DNA of 32,000 bases from Candidatus Iainarchaeum sp. (GTDB lineage Archaea > Iainarchaeota > Iainarchaeia > Iainarchaeales > 0-14-0-20-34-12): NCBI GenBank assembly GCA_030649345.1, contig JAUSKK010000038.1, forward strand, positions 54,315 to 86,314. Reading direction: 5' to 3'. The first letter of the stretch is position 1, and each line of letters starts with the position of its first letter. Below are positions 9,208 to 16,600 of this stretch, piece by piece. The notes below the pieces were generated by a model. That model saw only the letters and a program-made list of their open reading frames with translations. It had not been told where the DNA came from and made no database searches. The translations under genes and the position numbers were made by a program.

Positions 9208-10652
9208 AATTGCCGGCATTATTTTTTGCAGCAATTTTTTTCTTAACAATTTTTTCAATAAATGTATTTGCTATTTGGCCTTGGGATGAATGTGCTAATC
9301 CATCGGGCGGAACATTTACTGCGCCAGGTTCTGCAACTCAAAATGTTCACTGGTTTTATGATTCAGATGATTGGGCAAGTGCCTATATTCCTTCTTCAGG
9401 GAATTATGTGTTTTATTTGAGCGGGCCTAGCGGGCAAGACTTTGATTTGCAGCTATATTATTCCTGTGGTGGATCTCCGTTTCGGAGTTCCGCAGGCAGT
9501 ACGGCAACAGAATCTATTACTAACTACATATCTGGTGGTACAACTGTTCATATGCGTGTAATTGCATTTGGGAGCAGCAGCGGTAATTGGACTATGGGTG
9601 CCTATAAATCGTGTACTGCCAATACCAATTGGTGGTGTTCAAGCGGAGATGTGTATTGGTATGATTCTTGTGGAACCCGTGGATCTCTGAAACAAGATTG
9701 TACTGCCAGTCAAACTTGTTCTGTGGATGTTTGTGTGAATACTTGTACTTCTCATACTTCGTCTAGTTGTTCCAACGGTGATGTGTATTGGTATAATTCT
9801 TGCGGTACTCGAGAAGATTTAAGGCAAGATTGTTCGAGTTCTCAAATTTGTTCTGGCAATACTTGCCAAAATGTTGCCTGCTTTAATGATTCACAGTGTC
9901 CAAGTGATACTTTTGTTTCGAATACGCAAAGATGTTCTGCGTCCAGTGATGTAGAAGCTGTTTGGAGAAATTACTCGTGTGTCAATCCTGGAACAACTAG
10001 TTCGTCTTGTTCGTATGGTGAAGCCTATCAATTGTATGATAATTGCACATCTACTGAATATTGTAATTCCAGTACTAAAACTTGTCAATCATTTGCCTGT
10101 ACTTCTAATTCAAGCTGCGGAACCAATGCATATACTGGAAGCACGTTTTGTTCCAATAATGATGTTTACAAAAATAATGTAACCTATACTTGCAGTAATC
10201 CAAATACTTCGAGTTCTTCGTGTTCAAATTCAACCCAAGCAATTTTACAGCAAGACTGCGGTAATAATTCTACTACAACTTCCAATCGCAGATGTTCTGG
10301 TTCAGAAATTTTAGTAGACCAAACTGCAACTTTGCGCGGCTGTTCAACTGGAGCCTGTTATTCTTCAACTGGTTCAATTACTACTACAACAGAAACTGAT
10401 TGCAGTAATTTGAATTATTATGGAAGCACTGAATATTATTGTTCCAGTGATAATACGCAGAAAAGAAGCCGGCAATTGTATACTGGATTTTATTGCAATT
10501 CCAGTACAATTAGTTGTGCTCAAGGCAGTTCCTCGTATGTAAATGACCAATTGCTTGAAACCTGTGTATATGGTTGTTCAAGTGGATCATGCATTACTGC
10601 CAGACCCAATTTAGTGATTAGCAGTTCAGATATAACAATTGAGAAAACCTAA
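9204..10652 (+). CDS. Secreted Cys-rich protein with N-terminal PPC (pre-peptidase C-terminal)-like domain
   Basis: Signal peptide MKLPALFFAAIFFLTIFSINVFA. DSDDWASAYIPSSGNYVFYLSGPSGQDFDLQLYY ... VHMRVIAFGSSSGNWTMGAY fits the PPC pattern. This is followed by about 350 aa of Cys/Ser/Thr-rich modules. Confidence 0.8.
   Translation: MKLPALFFAAIFFLTIFSINVFAIWPWDECANPSGGTFTAPGSATQNVHWFYDSDDWASAYIPSSGNYVFYLSGPSGQDFDLQLYYSCGGSPFRSSAGSTATESITNYISGGTTVHMRVIAFGSSSGNWTMGAYKSCTANTNWWCSSGDVYWYDSCGTRGSLKQDCTASQTCSVDVCVNTCTSHTSSSCSNGDVYWYNSCGTREDLRQDCSSSQICSGNTCQNVACFNDSQCPSDTFVSNTQRCSASSDVEAVWRNYSCVNPGTTSSSCSYGEAYQLYDNCTSTEYCNSSTKTCQSFACTSNSSCGTNAYTGSTFCSNNDVYKNNVTYTCSNPNTSSSSCSNSTQAILQQDCGNNSTTTSNRRCSGSEILVDQTATLRGCSTGACYSSTGSITTTTETDCSNLNYYGSTEYYCSSDNTQKRSRQLYTGFYCNSSTISCAQGSSSYVNDQLLETCVYGCSSGSCITARPNLVISSSDITIEKT
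9636..9880 (+). repeat. Tandem 132-nt (44-aa) Cys-rich coding repeat, 2 copies
   Basis: CSSGDVYWYDSCGTRGSLKQDCTASQTCSVDVCVNTC versus CSNGDVYWYNSCGTREDLRQDCSSSQICSGNTCQNVAC. The GD codons sit at 9645 and 9777. Confidence 0.85.
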
Positions 10653-10662
10653 GGTGTAAAAA

Positions 10663-13600
10663 ATGTTGAATGAAAAAGCTAGAACACAATTGACTTTGGC
10701 ATTGCTTTTGTTAGTTGTAACTGGCGTTTCGTATTCTGTGTATGCTCCGCCGGGTGACAATGGAAATGCTCAGGATAATTTAAAAGATACTGATTTAATT
10801 TTTTCAACTGAAGAATTAAGTTCTTTGGAATTAAAACAGCAAGCTTTGCCTTATTTGAATTCTTTACTGAACACTGCAATTGAAGACGATCGCGCAAAAT
10901 TACTGGAAGCCAGAGATGCTGTTGAAGCTAGTTTGAATTCAAATTACTGGAAACGTTCCGGTGTTTTAGTTGTAGACAATCAAGTTTTTGAATTAAGTCA
11001 AACTGCAGCCAATCGAATTAAGACTTTATATAATCGTGAAAGTTCTGATTTGAATTCTGAACAATTATTGCTGGCAATATCGCGCATAGTTCAAGCAGAT
11101 CAGCAAGCAGCTGAATATACTTTGTTTTCTTTGCAGGAAATTTTTCCTCAATTAACAGATGAAAATTTGATTGCAACTATTCAGCCCATGCTTTCCAGTG
11201 CAGAAAATGCCTACGATCAAGCATTGCATCAGTTAAGTATTGGAAATTCGCCGAATGCAATTGTACACTTTCAAGAATCTTGGGATAATAGTTATCGTGC
11301 TGTTTTGTTGACTGATGAATTTACTATTCCGGAAGTAATCATTACAGAACCTTTGGCTGGCTGGTATACTCGTTTGGCCAGTATTTTGGTTTCAGGTACT
11401 CTTTGGGATGTTCAATTGGAAACCATTCCAAGTGTTGTGGTTGCAGTGAATGATTTGAATTATGTTTTCCCGCAATCCAATGGATTGTTTTCTGGAATTA
11501 TTTCTTTAACTGAAGGAAGCAATGCAATTGTAGTTTACGGAATTGACCAATATCAAAATATTGGAACTGCAGAAACTCAGGTAACTTTGGATACTATAGC
11601 TCCAGAAATTTTTGTAGCCGGTGTAGAAAATAATTCATTTAATCCAGTTTCTGTTACTCCGGTAATTGAGTTTTCAGATTTGCATTTAAATGAAACCAGA
11701 ATTGAATTAAACAATCAAATATTTATTTCAGGAACTGAAGTCTTAGAAGAAAAAGAATATTCTTTGGTTGTTTATGCTAATGATTTGGCTGGAAATGAAC
11801 AAACTCAGACTGTAAACTTTGTAATTGATCGCACAGTTCCAGAAATTGCTTTAATCAATCCCTACAATGGTCAGTTTGTGCACAATACACTAAATGTTCA
11901 AGGTACTGTGAGCGATACTTATTTAGATTACTATATATGGAAGATTGACGGAGTTGAAGTTGCACGCAATCAATCAAATTATTCTTGGAATACTCAAAAT
12001 TTTGAAGACGGAGAGCATACAGTAACTTTATTTGCAATTGATAATGCAGGAAACTCCAGTGAAACAACTGCTGCTGTTACAGTCGATAATACTTTGCCTG
12101 TGATTGAAGTTTCCGGCGTTTCAGACAATGAATTTTATAACTCTAACATTACTCCAGTAATTTTAGTTACTGAATTGAATTTAGAAATTCAGTTGTTTAC
12201 TTTGAATGATTTAGAATTTGTTTCAGGCACAGAAGTCAGTGCAGAAAATGAATACGATTTGAATGTAACTGTAATTGATAAAGCAGGAAATCGTGCTGAC
12301 CAAATAGTTTCATTTACGATTGACAAGACTGCTCCATTTGCTCAAATTGTAAATCCTTTGGAAAATTCCTTTGTGCATGAAATTGTTTCAATTCAAACTT
12401 TTGCAAGTGATTTGTATTTGGATACTCAAACTTTATTTTTGGATGGAACAGAAGTTTCTTCGAACAATTCTTTTGAATGGAATACTTTAGATTATTCTGA
12501 CGGCGAACATAGTATTGATTGGGTTGTAATAGATCAAGCAGGGAATTCTACAACAAGCAGTGTTTTGGTTACTGTAGACAATACACTTCCTGTTGTTTTG
12601 GTTTCAGGAATTCAAGAAAATGTTTTTTATAATTCAGATCGTGTTCCCTTGGTTGAAGTTCAAGATGTAAATCCAGATCAATTGAATGTATTTTTGAATA
12701 CTCAGCCTTTTGAATTAAGTAATTCCATTTCTTCAGATAACGAATATTCTTTTACTGCAATTGCTGTGGATCGTGCTGGAAATATTGGGCAGACTACTGT
12801 AAACTTTGTTTTGGATAAAACTGTTCCAGTAGTGGAAATTGTTTCTCCTGTAGAAAATTCTTTTTTGCGCCAAACTGTTGGAATCGAAGGACTTACAGAA
12901 GACAAGTATTTGAGTACAGTTGAATTATTGGTGGATGGAACTCTAGTTTCAAATAATTCTTTTTTTGAATGGAATACTTTGAACTATTCAGAAGGCTTGC
13001 ATTCCATTGAATTAATTGCTTTAGATTTAGCTGGCAATCAATCTAGTCAAACAATTCAAGTGACTGTAGATAATGTTTTGCCGGAATTGTTGGTTCAAAA
13101 TTTAACTGAAAATGGTTTGTATTTGAATTCTGATTTTACTCCCAAATTTGAATTAACTGAAACTAACCCTAGTGTAACCAGTTCTTTGTTGAATGATTTA
13201 GAATACAATTTGGAAACTGTAAGTGTAGATGGAGATTATGTTTTGGAAATTACTCACACAGACTTAGCTGGAAACTCCAATTCTTTGACTCGTACATTTG
13301 TAATGGATCAAACTTATCCAGTAACTTCAATTGATTCTCCAACTTCTGGTTCGTTTGTTCGCGGTATTGTTTTAGTTCAAGCTCAAGCCAGTGACTTGCA
13401 TTTGAGCCTAACTCAACTATTGATTGACAATGTTTTGGTTTCTTCTGAAAATGAATTCGAATGGAATACTTTAAATTACGCTGAGGGTGCTCATAAAGTT
13501 GAATGGATTGCTTTAGATTTAGCTGGAAATCAAACCAACAGTGTTTCGTATATTGTAGTAGATAATACTGTTCCAGTGATTGCTATTGTTGGAGTAACTG

Positions 13601-16600
13601 AAGGAACTTTTTATAATTCGAATCAAACTCCATTGGTTGTAGTTCATGAAACCAATCCTAAATTAACTCAAGCATTTTTGAATAACGAGCTCTTTGAATT
13701 AGATTCAACTATTGTTGAAGAAGGCGAATATACTTTAGAAGTTCAAACAGAAGACTTAGCTGGAAATACTGCTGTTCAATCTGTTTCGTTTGTAATTGAC
13801 AAAACTGCGCCTGTAACTTCCATTGATTCTCCAAGTTCTGGTTCGTTTGTTTCAGGCAATGTTTCAATTACTGCCAGTGCCAGTGACTTGTATTCTTTAA
13901 CTCATACTTTGTCTATAGATGGCCAAGTTTTGACTGAAAATAATTTTATGACTTGGAATACTTTGAATTATTCTGATGGCTTTCATGCAATTGAATGGCA
14001 TGTGCAAGATTTAGCAGGAAATGAAACCAATTTGACCTATGCTGTTACTGTTGACAACACAGTTCCAGTAATTGAATTTTTGAATTTAGAAGAAGGAACT
14101 TATTACAATCAGTTTTTGGTTCCAGAAGTTAAAATTACTGAAACTAATTTAGATTCAGTGCAGTATTTCTTAAACAATCAATCTTATATTCCTGGAACTG
14201 TAATTCAAGAAAATAAAGAATATGTTTTAGAAGTTCAAGCTTTGGATTTAGCCGGCAATCAATCGATTGAAAGTGTTTCATTTATTGTAGATACTTTAGC
14301 TCCAGTTGTGGAATTAAGTGTTCCGAGTGCCAGTAGTTTTGTTCGCGGGGTAGTGGAAATTTCGGGTTCAGTTTCTGATTTGTATTTGGATTCAACCAAT
14401 TTATTAATTGACAATTCTTGGGTTACTTCTGATTTACCATTTAACTGGAATACTTTAGATTATTCAGATGGAAATCATGTAGTTACTTTTACTGGAACTG
14501 ATTTGGCTGGAAACTCAACTACAGTTTCTGAAATCTTTACTGTAGATAATACTGTTCCAGTGTTTGTTTATGTTTTGCCGAATCAACCGTATACTCGCTG
14601 GGATGTATTGGTTGATTTTGTTTTAACTGAAATCAATAAAGGTGTTACTGAAGCTTTTTTGAATAATGAATCTTTTGATTGGCGTTCAGTAATTTCAGCT
14701 GAAGGAGATTACAATTTAGTTTTACGTCATACAGATAAAGCTGGAAATATTGCAGAAGTTTTGCGTACATTTACAATTGATAAAACCAAGCCTTGGGCTG
14801 AAATTTTAAGTCCAGAAAATAATTCGTTTGTTAAAGGAATTGTTCGCGTTTCTGCAGATGCGAATGACTTGCATGGTATTGTGTACCGTTTGGATGTAGA
14901 TCAACGTGTTTTAACTACTGGCAAATCCATTGACTGGAATACTTTTGTTGAAGGCGATGGCTTGCATGTTTTGAAATGGTTTGTAATTGATGTCGCAGCC
15001 AATGATATTTTAGTTGAACATACTGTTACTGTAGACAATACTTTGCCTGAAATTCGTTTCACCAATATTCAAAACGGAATACACTACAATTCTTCAATTA
15101 TTCCTGAAATTGAAATTGTGGAATTAAATTTGCAGAGCGTACATTATTTTTTGAACAATCAACCGTATGTTTTAGGTACTCCAATTTCTCAAGATAATGA
15201 CTATGTTTTGGAAATTCAGGTTACAGATAATGCTGGAAATTATGTTACGCGATTTATTAATTTTGTGATTGACACTACTGCGCCTGAAACAGTGTTAACT
15301 GTTCCAAACACAAATGATTTTGTAAAAGGCATGGTTTCAGTTACTGGTGAAACTTCAGATTTGTATTTAGACACCACTACTTTGTATATTGACAGTTTGC
15401 CAGTTGCGTATAGTTTTCCGTTTGAATGGAATACTGTAAATTATTCAGACGGAACACATACTGTAAGTTATACGGCTGTAGATTTGGCTGGCAATTCAAC
15501 TACTGTAAGTACAACAGTTAATGTGGACAATACTTTGCCGGCTGTAACCTATGTTACTCCAATTGTAAATTCGTATGTTCGCCAAACAGTTGAAATTAAT
15601 GCAACAATTGTTGAAACAAATTTGGAATTATTGGAATTATTAATTGACACTGAATTGATTAGTAATTCTTTGCCGTTTGAATTAAATACTTTAAATTATT
15701 CAGATGGAGAACATCAATTGTCTGTAACTTTAACAGACCAAGCTGGCAATTATTATAGAACGGATTGGACTGTATTTGTAGACAATACTGTTCCTGAATC
15801 GACTGTTTCTGAATTAATCGAGAATCCTACTTTGGTTGAACCTTTTTATTCTTTAACTGGAACTATTTTAGACTCAAGTAGTATTGAATATGTTCTAGTA
15901 AATGATCAAATGGTTTCTGTATTGGATGGAGATTTTTCATTTGATTTTAATGTAATCGAAGGTCGAAATACAATTACTGTAACTGCAGTTGATTTAGCTG
16001 GCAATCAAGTTGTTTTCTTGAAAGAAAGATTGGTAGACAAAGATTTGTTGCCTGATTTTTATGAATTATCTGTCTTGCAGTCTGATCCGTTGAATTCAGA
16101 TTCTGATTTTGGAACAACTGAAGCTGATGAATCAAATAACGAAATTTTGGATGATGCTGAAGATTTAGACCAAGATGGTTTGCCTACATTTGCAGAATAT
16201 TTTTATGGCTCTAATCCATTTTCAGATAATTCGGACGCAGATTCTTTGGATGATTTCTTTGAGTTAACTATGTCAGGCACTGATCCAGGAATTGCTGACT
16301 CAGATGAAGATGGCGTCTTAGATTCTGATGAAGACTTTGATGGAGATAGTTTAACGAATGCACAAGAAGAACAACTGCATGCCAATCCATACTTATTGGA
16401 TACTGATTCAGATGGCTTAGATGATTCTGTTGAATCTAGTTTAGGCACAAATCCAATTGAAGTGGATTCAGATCATGATGGTTTATTGGATGAAAGTGAA
16501 ATTTATTTGGAAAGCAATCCTTTGGTGTCAGATTCAGATAATGATGGTGTCTTAGATTCGTTGGAATATTATTCACAGACTTTTTCAGACTTGAATGGAA

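Noticed and set aside
11587-15795. The regular 492-nt periodicity considered as a CRISPR array or non-coding satellite
   Set aside because: The period is far too long for CRISPR. The whole region is one open reading frame, and repeat conservation is at protein-motif level.
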